64,000 nt of DNA. It comes from Polyangiales bacterium. GTDB taxonomy: Bacteria > Myxococcota_A > Polyangia > Polyangiales > Ga0077539. Position numbers and translations under genes: made by a program. The stretch covers positions 160,001 through 224,000 of the forward strand of contig JBGARZ010000005.1 of assembly GCA_044229975.1 (NCBI GenBank). The letters are read 5' to 3'. The notes beneath the pieces are model-generated. The model was given only the letters and a program-made list of their open reading frames with translations, was not told the DNA's origin and searched no databases. How positions within the stretch are numbered: position 1 is the stretch's first letter; each line of letters begins with the position of its first letter. This document shows, one piece after another, positions 1-9,975 of this stretch.

Positions 1-420
1 TCGGCGCACGCGGAGTTCGACCACGAGCGCGGCCTGCTCTACTTCGCCGACCCGGGCAACCACCGCGTCGGCTCGCTCGATCCATCGAATGGGACGATGA
101 CCACCACCATCACGCCCAACTACGACGGAAGCTCGCAGCGCCGCATGATGGAGGCGTCCACCGTCACCCTCTTCGACGGCAACACCGTCGGCATGGCGAC
201 CCCGTCGGGCCTCGCGCTCCACGGCGGTCGGCTGTACGTCACCGACAACGCCCGCTCGCGCATCTACGCCATCACCCTCCAGGGGCAGGTGGTCGACTGG
301 CTCGATCTGTCGGCCACCGTCGAGGCCGGTGGCCTTCAGGGCATCACCCTCGACGAAGAGGGTCGCATCTACGTCGCCGACTCCGTCGGTGACCGCGTGA
401 TCGAAGTCGCCCCCCGCTGA
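1..420 (+). CDS. NHL-repeat/beta-propeller protein, 5'-truncated by the window edge
   Basis: The frame is open from base 1 (SAHAEFDHERGLLYFADPGNHRV...). It contains NHL-like blades: PSGLALHGGRLYVTD and GITLDEEGRIYVADS. Confidence 0.75.
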   Translation, partial: SAHAEFDHERGLLYFADPGNHRVGSLDPSNGTMTTTITPNYDGSSQRRMMEASTVTLFDGNTVGMATPSGLALHGGRLYVTDNARSRIYAITLQGQVVDWLDLSATVEAGGLQGITLDEEGRIYVADSVGDRVIEVAPR

Positions 421-423
421 GCG

Positions 424-2013
424 TCACAGCTCGCGACCCGCCAGCCCAACCCCCCGCAACGTCGCCACCAGATCGCCCGTCACCGAGTCCGACGACCGCT
501 CGCGCCCGTGCAGCGTGAGGTCGCGGAACACGTCACACGAAGACCCCGCCGCGTCGCGGCAGAAGGTCGGGTGCCCGTCGTCCATGCGAACACGGCTGTA
601 GAGCGGTTGCGTTCCGCGGACGGCCGCGCCCGCCCGGAGCTGCTGCCACTGCGCGGTCGACGTCACGAGCGCCCACACCTCGCCCTGACGCCAACGAACG
701 CCCTCCATCGACCACGAACGCTCGACCCCCAGCACCAGGTCGAAGCCCTGCACGGCGACCGTTCCGAGGAGCCGCGTCGAGGCGCCCGCGCGGCACCCGT
801 CGACCTCGAAGTCACCAGGGCCCGTTCCGCGGAAGCACGTCCCCGCGTGCGACCACTCCAGCCGACCCGCGACCGCGCCGGTGCCCACCAGCTGCTCGCA
901 CATCCCGTCGCGGCAGCTCTCGCCGCAGGTCACCAGCGCGCCTTCGAGCTCCGACGCCGCGCTCGACGCGCCGGGCGCCGACACCCGCCCGACGTAGCCT
1001 CCCGCGCATCGCGCCAGCACCTCGGGGCTCGCGTCGCGCAGGAGGTCCATGGGCTGCGCGAGGCGCACCGACTCCAGCCGTAGACCCGCCGTGGTGCTGA
1101 GCACGCGACGACCGCCCGCCTCGGCCACCGCGAGCACCTCCATCGCCTCGACGTGACGCGCATGGAAGATCTGCGCGCCCAGCGCGAGGCTCCCCTCGAC
1201 GTGCCAGCGATCGCCCACGCGCTCGCAGCGGGTCGCGGGCTGGTTGCCCTCGCACGACAGCCGAACGACACGCCCGTGGTTGCCCGTCACCGCGCGCAGG
1301 TGCGCCGTGCCCGCGCCGAACTCACCGAGATGCACCGTGAGCGTAGGAGCGCCGTCGCTCGCGGGCAGGTCGGCCGCCACCATCAAGCGCTCGCCCTGCT
1401 GCGCCATCCAGAGCGTCGCGCGGTCGGCGATGGTCATTGGCGCGATGGCCGACCACTCTCCGAGCGATCCGTCCACGCTCGCGCCCTCGATGGCGGCGAA
1501 GGTGCGCTGCGGAGCGCCCGGTGCGGCCGCGAGCACATCGGTCACGCGCTGCACCACGAAGCGATCGCCCACCCGATGGAAGCGGGTGATGGGCGACTGC
1601 TCGGGCGGCAACCGCGCGTCGACGAGGCGAACGTGCAGCTCGGCCTGGTGGGCGCCTGCTTCGGTGATGTCGACGATGCGCGCGCGCACCTCGCGCGGCG
1701 ACGACGCGGGGCCGGGCGCGGGGCAGCGGTCGAGGAGCTCGTGGGCCATCTCGGTCCAGCGACCTTCGAGCTGGCCCCAGACGGCCACGCGCTCGGGGGC
1801 GACGGCGCAGCGCGAGGGCTGCTCCGGGGCGCGGGAGCGAATCACGGCGTAGCGGTCGCGGCCGACCTGCGTGCGCGTGACGGAGAGGACGGAGGTTCCG
1901 GCGGGGCCGACGGGGACGATCGCGCCCGGGAGGGACACGGTGACATCGTCGGCGAAGGCGAGCGACGGGAGAGCGAGAGAGACACAGACGACGCCGAGAC
2001 CTGCAACGCGCAT
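424..2013 (-). CDS. Secreted hypothetical protein
   Basis: Start placed at ATG 2013 (MRVAGLGVVCVSLALPSLAFA, signal peptide-like). A VDGSLGEW motif is reminiscent of CBM9/DOMON-like domains. Confidence 0.65.
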   Translation of the reverse strand: MRVAGLGVVCVSLALPSLAFADDVTVSLPGAIVPVGPAGTSVLSVTRTQVGRDRYAVIRSRAPEQPSRCAVAPERVAVWGQLEGRWTEMAHELLDRCPAPGPASSPREVRARIVDITEAGAHQAELHVRLVDARLPPEQSPITRFHRVGDRFVVQRVTDVLAAAPGAPQRTFAAIEGASVDGSLGEWSAIAPMTIADRATLWMAQQGERLMVAADLPASDGAPTLTVHLGEFGAGTAHLRAVTGNHGRVVRLSCEGNQPATRCERVGDRWHVEGSLALGAQIFHARHVEAMEVLAVAEAGGRRVLSTTAGLRLESVRLAQPMDLLRDASPEVLARCAGGYVGRVSAPGASSAASELEGALVTCGESCRDGMCEQLVGTGAVAGRLEWSHAGTCFRGTGPGDFEVDGCRAGASTRLLGTVAVQGFDLVLGVERSWSMEGVRWRQGEVWALVTSTAQWQQLRAGAAVRGTQPLYSRVRMDDGHPTFCRDAAGSSCDVFRDLTLHGRERSSDSVTGDLVATLRGVGLAGREL

Positions 2014-2156
2014 GGAGAACTCCTGGTGGGGGGTTTCGAGGACGAGAGGACCCGATCCGCCGTCGCGAGGGTCGCGTCGGGGCGGTCGGTCCGTCACCTC
2101 TCTGGTATCGGTCAACGGACCGATTTCCTCGAGGTGGGCGCGTGATTTCGGTGGGT

Positions 2157-3620
2157 CTAGAAACTCCAGCCGAGCTGAAGGTGCTGCGGTGTGAACGCGA
2201 CGCGGGGCATGAGCGCAGAGGCGTGTCGCTCGAAGCGCGAGCCCGACGGCGCGCCCGCGAGCAGCACGATGCCGACGACGGACGTGACGAGCCCGGCGCC
2301 CATGATGCCGACGGCCGTGTAGCGGAGGATGTTGGAGTTATCGACGTCGGTCTGTGCGTTGATGACGTTGGTGCGCAGCGTCTCTTGCGGGGTGTTGTTG
2401 GGCTGGCAGAGCGCGAGGTTTCCGCACGCGGCGAGCTGGCCGTTGAGTGTGTTGAAGGTCTCGGTGTTGGCGCTCAACGTGGACTCGTTGACGATGAAGA
2501 AGGCCGCGCCGCCGCCGATGATCGCCGCCCCGACGCCCAGCACCACACCGCCCGTGATGAGCGCGCGGCGGCGGGAGGAGTTGTGCGCCTCGCGGTGCGC
2601 GGGCGTCGGCATCAAGAACACCGAGATGGCGTTGTCGCGCCCCGCGCCGAGGTCGACCTCGCGCTCGTCGGGGAGGAAGTCGGTGCGCTCCACGCGCAGC
2701 GTGTGGCGGCCCGGCGGGACGAGCGTCGAGCCGTCGCTCGCGAGGCGTCGGCCGTCGATGAGGGTGATGGTGTCGGGCTCGTTGGCGTGCACGGTGACGC
2801 GCGCGCCGACGTCGCGGGGCATCGGGTCGCTCCACGAGAGCGAGGCGCTGACGCGGGCGCCGGCGCCGACGGAGTTCACGTCGGTCTCGTAGGTGGTGTA
2901 CCCGGCGCGGCGCACCACGACGTGGTGGCTGCCCTCGGGCACCGGCAGCGGCGAGGTGACGGGGGTGTTGGCGAGGCTGCGGCCGTCGACCAGCACCTCG
3001 GCGCCCGGCACGTTGCACTCCACCGCCATGAACGCCCGCTCGGGCACGAGCGGCTCGGAGATGACGATGGTGCTGCCGCCGCTCACGTCGAACTCCGCCT
3101 CGCGCGACTGGTAGTGCGGCGCCGCGAGCGAGACGCGGTGACGCCCCGCCGCCACGCGGATCTCCACGTTGCCCGAGGAGGGCGGGCGCTGGAGGCCGTC
3201 GATGCGCACGTCGAGGCCCGCGGCCTCGAAGCGGACGACGATGGTGCCGATGCGCGAGCGCAGTCGGCCGAGGGCGGCGTCGACGTCGGCGCGGCGCTGC
3301 TGCACCGTGGCGGGCGGGGCGCGGCGCTCGTAGTCGAGCATGGCGTCGAGGGCCTCGACGAAGTGCCCGGTGAGCTCGTGCGTCGCGCTGATGTTGAAGA
3401 GCACCGCGGGGTTGCGCGTGAGCTCGTACGCCCGGAGAAACTCCGCCATCGCGGCGTCGTAGTTGCGCTCCTCGAAGAGGTCGATGCCGCGCTGGTAGCG
3501 CTGCCTCGCCTCGGCGATGGCGGCCGGCGACGTCGCGGGCTGCGGCGGCTGCTGCGCGAGCGCGGCCGTGGGGCAGAGGGAGAGGCACAGGGCGAGGGTG
3601 GCTCGATGCAGTCGTCGCAT
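2157..3620 (-). CDS. TPR + PEGA domain membrane protein
   Basis: Signal peptide MRRLHRATLALCLSL, a TPR segment (ARQRYQRGIDLFEERNYDAAMAEF...VLFNI), PEGA repeats (PGAEVLVDGR, GSHHVVVRRAGY) and C-terminal TM helices. Confidence 0.85.
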   Translation of the reverse strand: MRRLHRATLALCLSLCPTAALAQQPPQPATSPAAIAEARQRYQRGIDLFEERNYDAAMAEFLRAYELTRNPAVLFNISATHELTGHFVEALDAMLDYERRAPPATVQQRRADVDAALGRLRSRIGTIVVRFEAAGLDVRIDGLQRPPSSGNVEIRVAAGRHRVSLAAPHYQSREAEFDVSGGSTIVISEPLVPERAFMAVECNVPGAEVLVDGRSLANTPVTSPLPVPEGSHHVVVRRAGYTTYETDVNSVGAGARVSASLSWSDPMPRDVGARVTVHANEPDTITLIDGRRLASDGSTLVPPGRHTLRVERTDFLPDEREVDLGAGRDNAISVFLMPTPAHREAHNSSRRRALITGGVVLGVGAAIIGGGAAFFIVNESTLSANTETFNTLNGQLAACGNLALCQPNNTPQETLRTNVINAQTDVDNSNILRYTAVGIMGAGLVTSVVGIVLLAGAPSGSRFERHASALMPRVAFTPQHLQLGWSF

Positions 3621-3631
3621 GGCGGTGCCGA

Positions 3632-5230
3632 TTACTCGAAAGGGTTGTTGCGGTCGATGTTGGGGTGACGACGGTCGTGGGGATTGCCCGCCGGGACGAG
3701 CGCGGGCACCAGGGTCGGAGTCGCGGGCGGGGCCTGGCGCACGATGACCGTGGTGGGCCCCGGAGGCGGCGTCGTCGGGGCGTTGAGCGGCGCGAGCACG
3801 CGCGAGATGCGGGCGTCGGCGGCGGCCACGAGCACGTCGCTCACGTTGGCGTGACCCGGCGCGCTCAGCCGGAGCTGGTAGCGACGACCATCGCGCGGAC
3901 GGAGGATCTCGGCGTGGCCCTGACCGACGACCACGCCGTCGACGGCGATGGTGGCGGTGGGCGGGTCGACGTCGACGCGGAAGGTGATGTTGTCGCCATC
4001 GGTCACGGTGCGCGGCGGGTTGTGGGCGACCGGCACCGCGGGGCGGGCGTTGGACCGGTGGCGCGACACACCCACAGAGACGGCGAGCGCGACCATCGCC
4101 AGCGCGATGACGCCGATGACGCCGGCGACCCACGGGAGAGCGCCACTGCCGGGCATGGCGGTGGTGGTCGTGAGCGACGGCGGCGGCGAGGTCGGCTGAA
4201 CGACCTCGGGCGCCACAGGCAGTGGTGCGCGGGCGAGCGCGGCGCGGCGGGCGTCGGTGGCGCCGGGCGTCCCGTCGGGGCGCGTCTGCTGGTGGGCGAC
4301 GGGAGCGGGCGCGCCGGGGCGTACCGCGAAGCCGCGCACCTGGAGATCGCGGAAGGGAGCGAGCGCGTCGCGGAGGTCGTAGAGGGAGGCGAAGCGGTGC
4401 GAGGGCTCGTACGCGAGGGCGCGCATCACGACGGCCGCGAGGGCGGGGTCGAGGTCGGGGCGCAGCAGGCGGATGTCCTGCGGAGGCCCGGATACGATGG
4501 CCACCAGCATCGCGGGGTAGGCGTCGGCGTAGTGGGGGACGGTGCCGGTGAGGGCCTCGTACATGATCGCGCCGAGGGCGTACTGGTCGGCGGCGGGGGT
4601 GACGTTCTTGGAGCCGCCGGTGGCCTGCTCCGGGGGCATGTACGCGGGCGTGCCGAGGATCATCCCGGTCGCGGTGAGCGTGACGTCGTCGGTGACGATG
4701 CGCTTGGCGATGCCGAAGTCGATGAGCTTCGGGATGATCTGGTCGTCGCCGGGGGTGCGGGTGAGGAAGATGTTCTGCGGTTTGACGTCGCGGTGCACGA
4801 TGCCGCGGCCGTGGGCGAGCGCGAGGGCCGAGATGATCGGTTCGAGCAGGCGGACGATGGTGCCCGGCGCGACGGGCGCCTCGCGCTTGAGCAGCGCCCC
4901 GAGGCTCTCGCCTTCGAGAAACTCCATCACCATGAAGAGGCGGCCGTCGTCGTTGCCGAAGTCGATGACCTCCACGATGTTCTTGTGGCGAACCTCGTTG
5001 GAGGTGCGGGCCTCCTGGAGGAAGCGCTGCGGCACCGCGGGGTTGGACATCGCGATCTCGGGCAGCAGCAGCTTCACCGCGACGGTGCGCTGGATCGTCC
5101 GGTGACGCGCCTCGAACACCGCGCCGGTGCCGCCGACCCCGAGCAGGCGAATGACCTCGTAGCGGCCGCCGATGATGTCGCCCGGTGAGACACCGAGCGG
5201 GCGTTCGGTCGGCGAGGGGTTGGGGCGCAT
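3632..5230 (-). CDS. Hanks-type Ser/Thr protein kinase with TM helix and C-terminal PEGA-like domain
   Basis: Kinase motifs LGVGGTGAV, VAVK, HRDVKPQN, DFG, GTPAYMPPEQ and DQYALG are present. Confidence 0.95.
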   Translation of the reverse strand: MRPNPSPTERPLGVSPGDIIGGRYEVIRLLGVGGTGAVFEARHRTIQRTVAVKLLLPEIAMSNPAVPQRFLQEARTSNEVRHKNIVEVIDFGNDDGRLFMVMEFLEGESLGALLKREAPVAPGTIVRLLEPIISALALAHGRGIVHRDVKPQNIFLTRTPGDDQIIPKLIDFGIAKRIVTDDVTLTATGMILGTPAYMPPEQATGGSKNVTPAADQYALGAIMYEALTGTVPHYADAYPAMLVAIVSGPPQDIRLLRPDLDPALAAVVMRALAYEPSHRFASLYDLRDALAPFRDLQVRGFAVRPGAPAPVAHQQTRPDGTPGATDARRAALARAPLPVAPEVVQPTSPPPSLTTTTAMPGSGALPWVAGVIGVIALAMVALAVSVGVSRHRSNARPAVPVAHNPPRTVTDGDNITFRVDVDPPTATIAVDGVVVGQGHAEILRPRDGRRYQLRLSAPGHANVSDVLVAAADARISRVLAPLNAPTTPPPGPTTVIVRQAPPATPTLVPALVPAGNPHDRRHPNIDRNNPFE

Positions 5231-5297
5231 CGGAGGAGTCGCAGCCTAGCGGAACCCGCGGCGGCCTGTCGCGGCCAACTGCGCGCGGGCGGTTCGG

Positions 5298-5927
5298 TCA
5301 GCCGATGGAGCCGGCGTCCATGCCCGTGTCGGTGCTGGTGCCCGCGTCGGTGCCGGTGTCGATCGTCGTGCCCGTGTCCGTCGTGGTGCCGGTGTCGGAG
5401 CCGGCGCCCGCGTCCGTGGTGGTGCCCGTGTCGGTCGTCGACCCGGTGTCGGTGCTGGCGGTGCCCGTGTCGACCGCCTGGCTCATGCCGCCGTCGCGGA
5501 ACGAGCAGGTCCCGACCCCTTCGACCATGTTGCAGGTGGAGCCGGGGTCGAGCGAGATGGCCTGGCAGTCGCGGTTTTCGCGGCACTGGGCCGAGCAGCG
5601 GCCGTCGATGTTGCAGACGAGCGGCGAGGCGCACTCCGAGTGGTAGACGCAGTAGCCGTTGTCGCCCGTGGGGAGGCAGGCGCCGACGTTGCCCTGGGCG
5701 GCGGTGCGGCAGGTGGTGCCGGCGGGACAGTCGCGGCTGCGGGTCTCGACCGGGGCGGCGAGGTTGCACTGGTTGCGGCAGTAGCGACCGGCGCAGATGA
5801 GCCCGTCGTCACAGTCGGAGTTGAAGACGCATTGGCCGTTGATGGGCTGCTTGCTCTTGCAGCCGGGCGCAACGACGCCGAGGAGCGCGAGAACCAGCCA
5901 CGAACCACGAAGCGTCGACATTGCCAT
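5298..5927 (-). CDS. Cys-rich lipoprotein with Asp/Thr/Gly repeat tail
   Basis: Lipobox VVAPGC, Cys-rich modules (CVFNSDCDDGLIC, CVYHSECASPLVC) and a C-terminal DTGTTT-like repeat. Confidence 0.8.
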   Translation of the reverse strand: MAMSTLRGSWLVLALLGVVAPGCKSKQPINGQCVFNSDCDDGLICAGRYCRNQCNLAAPVETRSRDCPAGTTCRTAAQGNVGACLPTGDNGYCVYHSECASPLVCNIDGRCSAQCRENRDCQAISLDPGSTCNMVEGVGTCSFRDGGMSQAVDTGTASTDTGSTTDTGTTTDAGAGSDTGTTTDTGTTIDTGTDAGTSTDTGMDAGSIG

Positions 5928-6059
5928 CACACCTTTGACCGCGAGGAAGAGGATTGGGCCCATCAACCGGACCACACCGGCCCGCCGACCGGCGACGGTG
6001 GGACTAGAACCCCAAGCGGGGCGGTCGCGCAAGGGCGCAGGCAGGATAGGATCGCGCCC

Positions 6060-7637
6060 GTGTTGACGGCGCGAGCCCGGGTGCTGCTGCGGGGACTGTT
6101 GCTGGCCGCGGTGGTGGTGGCGTCCGGGTTTCTGGCGTGGTGGTCGTGGCACACCTCCTCGGGGCTCGCGAAGACGGGCGAGCAGTCGGTCATCGAGAGC
6201 ACGGTGCTGCTGGTGCGCGAGAAGGTCGACCGCGTCGAGCGCACGCTCATCGACGGCGACAACGCGGTGCTGCCCCTCGTCCATCCCGACGACCTCGACG
6301 ACTTCGCGCAGCGGTGGCCCACCATGGCGGGGCGCATCTCGCCGACGGTGCGCTCGGTGGTGGTGCTCGACGAGGCGCTCCGACCGTTGCGCGTGATCGC
6401 CCACCGCGACGACGACGACCGCAGCGAGCTCCTCGGCTGGATCAACGACTGGTTCAACGGGCGGCTGCCGAAGCAGCCCGGGGACGTCCTGCCTCCCGCC
6501 TCGGTCCCGGGCACCTACGGCCACTGGCACGGCACCGTCGGCGGGCGGAGCCTGCTGATGTCCTTCTTCGTCGGCCAGACCGGGGGCAGGCCGTACTACG
6601 TCGTGCTGGAGGGCGACCTCGACTACGTGCGCAACGAGCTGCTCTCCAGGCTCTTCGACGACCCGCGCGCGCGCGGCCGGTACAACGTCACCGACCCCGA
6701 GGCGCACCAGTTCGTGGTGGGGCGGGCGCTCACCGCCAACCGCCAGTTTCTCGTGTCGACGCAGTTTCCGACCACGCTCTACAAGTGGCACCTCACCGTG
6801 GTCCCCGGGCTGACGGAGCAGCTCGAAGAGCGCAAGAAGCGGCAGCGCGTCGTCGAGGCGTCGTTCGTGGGCGCGTCGCTGCTGGTGATCCTCGTGGGGG
6901 TGTCGTTTCTGCTCTACGCCGCGCGGCAGGAGCAGCAGCTCAACACGCTCAAGAGCGACTTCATCGCGACGGTGTCGCACGAGCTCAAGACCCCGCTGTC
7001 GCTCATTCGCATGTTCGGCGAGATGCTCTCGGGCGACCGCGCGCCCACCGAGGAGAAGCGTCGGCAGTACCTGGAGATCATCGTGCGCGAGAGCGAGCGG
7101 CTCACCGCGCTCATCGAAAACGTCCTCGACTTCGCGCGCCTCGAACAGGGCGGCGCGGCCTACGAGTTCATCACCTCCGACCTCGGGGCGACGGTGCAGC
7201 GCGAGGTGGAGACGTTCCGCTTTCGGGCGCACCGCGAGCGGCCCGCGCTGGTGGTGGAGGTCGAGCCGGGCGTCGCGCCGGTGCGACTCGACGGGCGCGC
7301 GATGCAGGTGCTGCTGTTCAACCTGCTCGACAACGCGTTCAAGTACGCGGGCGACACCGACGCCGTGGTGGTGCGTGTCCGGCAGGAGGGCGCGCGCGCC
7401 GTGGTCGAAGTGGAAGACCATGGCCCCGGCATCGACCCCGAGGAGGGTCGGCGCATCTTCGAGCGCTTCTACCGCGGCAAGGCGGTTCGGTCGGGCGGGC
7501 CGCGCGGCACCGGCATCGGGCTGTCGCTCGTGCAGCAGATCGCGCGAGCGCACGGCGGCGACGTGACGGTGCACCCGGTCGCGCCCACAGGGACGGCGTT
7601 TCGGGTGGCGATCGCGGTGGAGAAGGCGGTCGGTTAG
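6060..7637 (+). CDS. Membrane sensor histidine kinase
   Basis: Two TM segments, H-box VSHELKTPL, N-box NLLDNAFKY, G1 DHGPGI, F-box IFERFYR and G2 GTGIGL. GTG start inferred at 6060. Confidence 0.93.
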   Translation: MLTARARVLLRGLLLAAVVVASGFLAWWSWHTSSGLAKTGEQSVIESTVLLVREKVDRVERTLIDGDNAVLPLVHPDDLDDFAQRWPTMAGRISPTVRSVVVLDEALRPLRVIAHRDDDDRSELLGWINDWFNGRLPKQPGDVLPPASVPGTYGHWHGTVGGRSLLMSFFVGQTGGRPYYVVLEGDLDYVRNELLSRLFDDPRARGRYNVTDPEAHQFVVGRALTANRQFLVSTQFPTTLYKWHLTVVPGLTEQLEERKKRQRVVEASFVGASLLVILVGVSFLLYAARQEQQLNTLKSDFIATVSHELKTPLSLIRMFGEMLSGDRAPTEEKRRQYLEIIVRESERLTALIENVLDFARLEQGGAAYEFITSDLGATVQREVETFRFRAHRERPALVVEVEPGVAPVRLDGRAMQVLLFNLLDNAFKYAGDTDAVVVRVRQEGARAVVEVEDHGPGIDPEEGRRIFERFYRGKAVRSGGPRGTGIGLSLVQQIARAHGGDVTVHPVAPTGTAFRVAIAVEKAVG

Positions 7638-8566
7638 GGAGCGACGGGGTCGTCGCTCACCATGCGGTTGCGGCCCGCGTCCTTGGCCGCGTAGAGCAGC
7701 GCGTCGGCCCGCTCCAGCAGCGCCTCGGGGGCGACCATCGAGGGTTGCAGCGTGACCACGCCAAACGACGCGGTGATCTGCACGGTGGCGCCGTCGACGT
7801 CCCAGCGCGCGGTGCGGATGCGGTCCTGGAGGTCGCGCGCGAGCACCGTGGCGCCGGTGAGCTCGGTCTCGGGCAGCAGGATGGCGAACTCCTCACCGCC
7901 CAGGCGACCGAGGGACTCCTCGCGACGGACGCGCGCCAGGATGATGCCGGCGAAGTCGCGCAGCACGGTGTCGCCCGCGAGGTGGCCGTGGTGGTCGTTG
8001 ACGGACTTGAAGTAGTCGAGGTCGATGAGCACCAGCGACAGCGGGCGGTGGTAGCGGCGCGCGCGGCGAAACTCGCTGTCGAGGCGCTCGCGGAAGGCCG
8101 AGTGGGTGAGCGCGCGGGTGAGCCCGTCGGTGATCATCGCGGTGCGGATGGTCGTGAAGTACTGCCCCTCCACGTCGCTCGCGCCGATGTACTTGAACAC
8201 CGTCCCCGCGATCTGGATGCGGTCGCCGCTCTCCAGGCGGCGCACCTCGATGCGGGCGTCGTTGACGAGCGTTCCGTTGGTGCTGTGGTCGTCGACGACC
8301 CACCACTCGCCGGCGCGGTGCTCGACGAAGGCGTGCGTGCGAGAGGCGCGCGGCTGGTTGAGCAGCACGGCGCAGCCCTCCCCGCGGCCGATGGCGTAGC
8401 GCCCGGTGAGGGGGTCGAGCTCATAGCGTCGACAGACCTCGCGCAGGTCGGTCGAGTGAACGATGACGAGGGAGCTCAGCGCCGGGGCGGGCCACGCGAC
8501 GACGGGTGCCACCGCGAGGAGGTTGGGCTCGGTGACGCGCTGCCGGTCGGCGCTCTCCAGGGGCAT
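7634..8566 (-). CDS. FHA-domain diguanylate cyclase
   Basis: FHA motifs IGR, SRTHA and STNGTLVN. GGDEF-domain motifs DLDYFKSVNDHHGHLAGD and GGEEF. Confidence 0.93.
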   Translation of the reverse strand: MPLESADRQRVTEPNLLAVAPVVAWPAPALSSLVIVHSTDLREVCRRYELDPLTGRYAIGRGEGCAVLLNQPRASRTHAFVEHRAGEWWVVDDHSTNGTLVNDARIEVRRLESGDRIQIAGTVFKYIGASDVEGQYFTTIRTAMITDGLTRALTHSAFRERLDSEFRRARRYHRPLSLVLIDLDYFKSVNDHHGHLAGDTVLRDFAGIILARVRREESLGRLGGEEFAILLPETELTGATVLARDLQDRIRTARWDVDGATVQITASFGVVTLQPSMVAPEALLERADALLYAAKDAGRNRMVSDDPVAP

Positions 8567-8713
8567 GTGTGAGCGTCGGGATTTCACGCGTGATTCATCG
8601 CTCGCCGGGACCCTAGGCGGACGTCGAAGGAGACGTCAAACCACACGCACGTCCACCGCCGTGCGGTGGATCATTGGCGTCGAGGCGGGCACCTGGGGCA
8701 TACGGTCTGGACC

Positions 8714-9973
8714 GTGAGCGAGCCCACCTTCAGCGCCTTCCGTCCTGTCCCCCGCACCGGTGTGATCTATGTGACGACGGAGGCCCAGAAGATGGGTTTC
8801 CGCTTCGGCGCGGAGGGTTGGTGCAACCTCGGCCAGGGCCAGCCCGAGACCGGCGCCCTCGCCGGCGCGCCGCCGCGCATCGAGTCGCTCAACATCCACC
8901 TCGACGACCAGGAGTACGCCCCGGTGCCGGGCGTGTGGGAGCTCCGCGAGGCCGTCGCGGGCATGTACAACGACCTCTACCGCCGCGGGCTGCCGTCCCA
9001 GTACACCGCCGACAACGTGGCCATCTCGGGCGGCGGTCGCGTGTCGCTCCTGCGCGCAGCCGCCGCGCTCGGGCGCATCAACCTCGGGCACTTCCTGCCG
9101 GACTACACCGCGTACGAGGAGCTGCTCGATGTCTTCCGTCTCTTCTCGCCGATCCCGATCCTGTTGGAGGGCGAGAAGGGCTACGCGTTTCCGCCCGATG
9201 CGCTGGAGCGCGAGATCGTCGGCCGCGGCCTCGGCGCGATTCTCTTGAGCAACCCGTGCAACCCGACGGGCAAGGTCATCGGCGGTGACGACCTCGCGCG
9301 CTGGGTCGCGCTCTCCCGCGAGTACGACTGCGCCCTTCTCTTCGACGAGTTCTACTCGCACTACATCTGGAACCGCCCCGACGACCCCACGCCCATGGAG
9401 AGCGCCGCGCGCTACGTGGAGGACGTCGACCGCGACCCGGTGGTGATCTTCGACGGCCTCACCAAGAACTGGCGCTACCCCGGCTGGCGCATCACCTGGA
9501 CGGTTGCGCCGCGCGCCATCATCGAAGGCGTCGCGAGCGCGGGGTCGTTTCTCGACGGCGGCGGGTCGAAGCCGATGCAGCGGGCGGCGTGTGCCGTGGT
9601 GACGGCCGAGCACGCGCGCGCCGAGACGGCGGCCATCAGCCAGGTGTTTGGCCGCAAGCGACGGCTGCTGCTCGACGGACTCCAGCGCCTCGGCATCAAG
9701 CTCGATCGCGAGCCCGAAGGTGGCTTCTACCTGTGGGGTTCGGTGGCGGGGCTTCCGGCGCCGCTCAACACCGGCATGGGGTTCTTCCGGGCGGCGCTCG
9801 CGGAGAAGATCATCACGGTGCCGGGGGAGTTCTTCGACGTAAACCCCGGCAAGCGCCGCATGGGTCGGGCATCGCGCTTCCGCGACCACGTCAGGTTTTC
9901 ATTTGGTCCGGAGGAGTCGGTGCTGCACACCGCCCTCGCCCGCCTCGAAGGCATCGTGGCGGCGGCGAGGTAG
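8714..9973 (+). CDS. PLP-dependent aminotransferase class I/II
   Basis: Motifs NLGQGQP, SNPCNPTG, DEFY and the PLP lysine motif GLTKNWRYPGWR. Confidence 0.92.
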   Translation: MSEPTFSAFRPVPRTGVIYVTTEAQKMGFRFGAEGWCNLGQGQPETGALAGAPPRIESLNIHLDDQEYAPVPGVWELREAVAGMYNDLYRRGLPSQYTADNVAISGGGRVSLLRAAAALGRINLGHFLPDYTAYEELLDVFRLFSPIPILLEGEKGYAFPPDALEREIVGRGLGAILLSNPCNPTGKVIGGDDLARWVALSREYDCALLFDEFYSHYIWNRPDDPTPMESAARYVEDVDRDPVVIFDGLTKNWRYPGWRITWTVAPRAIIEGVASAGSFLDGGGSKPMQRAACAVVTAEHARAETAAISQVFGRKRRLLLDGLQRLGIKLDREPEGGFYLWGSVAGLPAPLNTGMGFFRAALAEKIITVPGEFFDVNPGKRRMGRASRFRDHVRFSFGPEESVLHTALARLEGIVAAAR

Positions 9974-9975
9974 GC

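Noticed and set aside
5928..7574. Long N-terminal extension of ORF 5298..7574
   Set aside because: It is antisense to the His kinase. The real gene starts near 5927 with a signal peptide.
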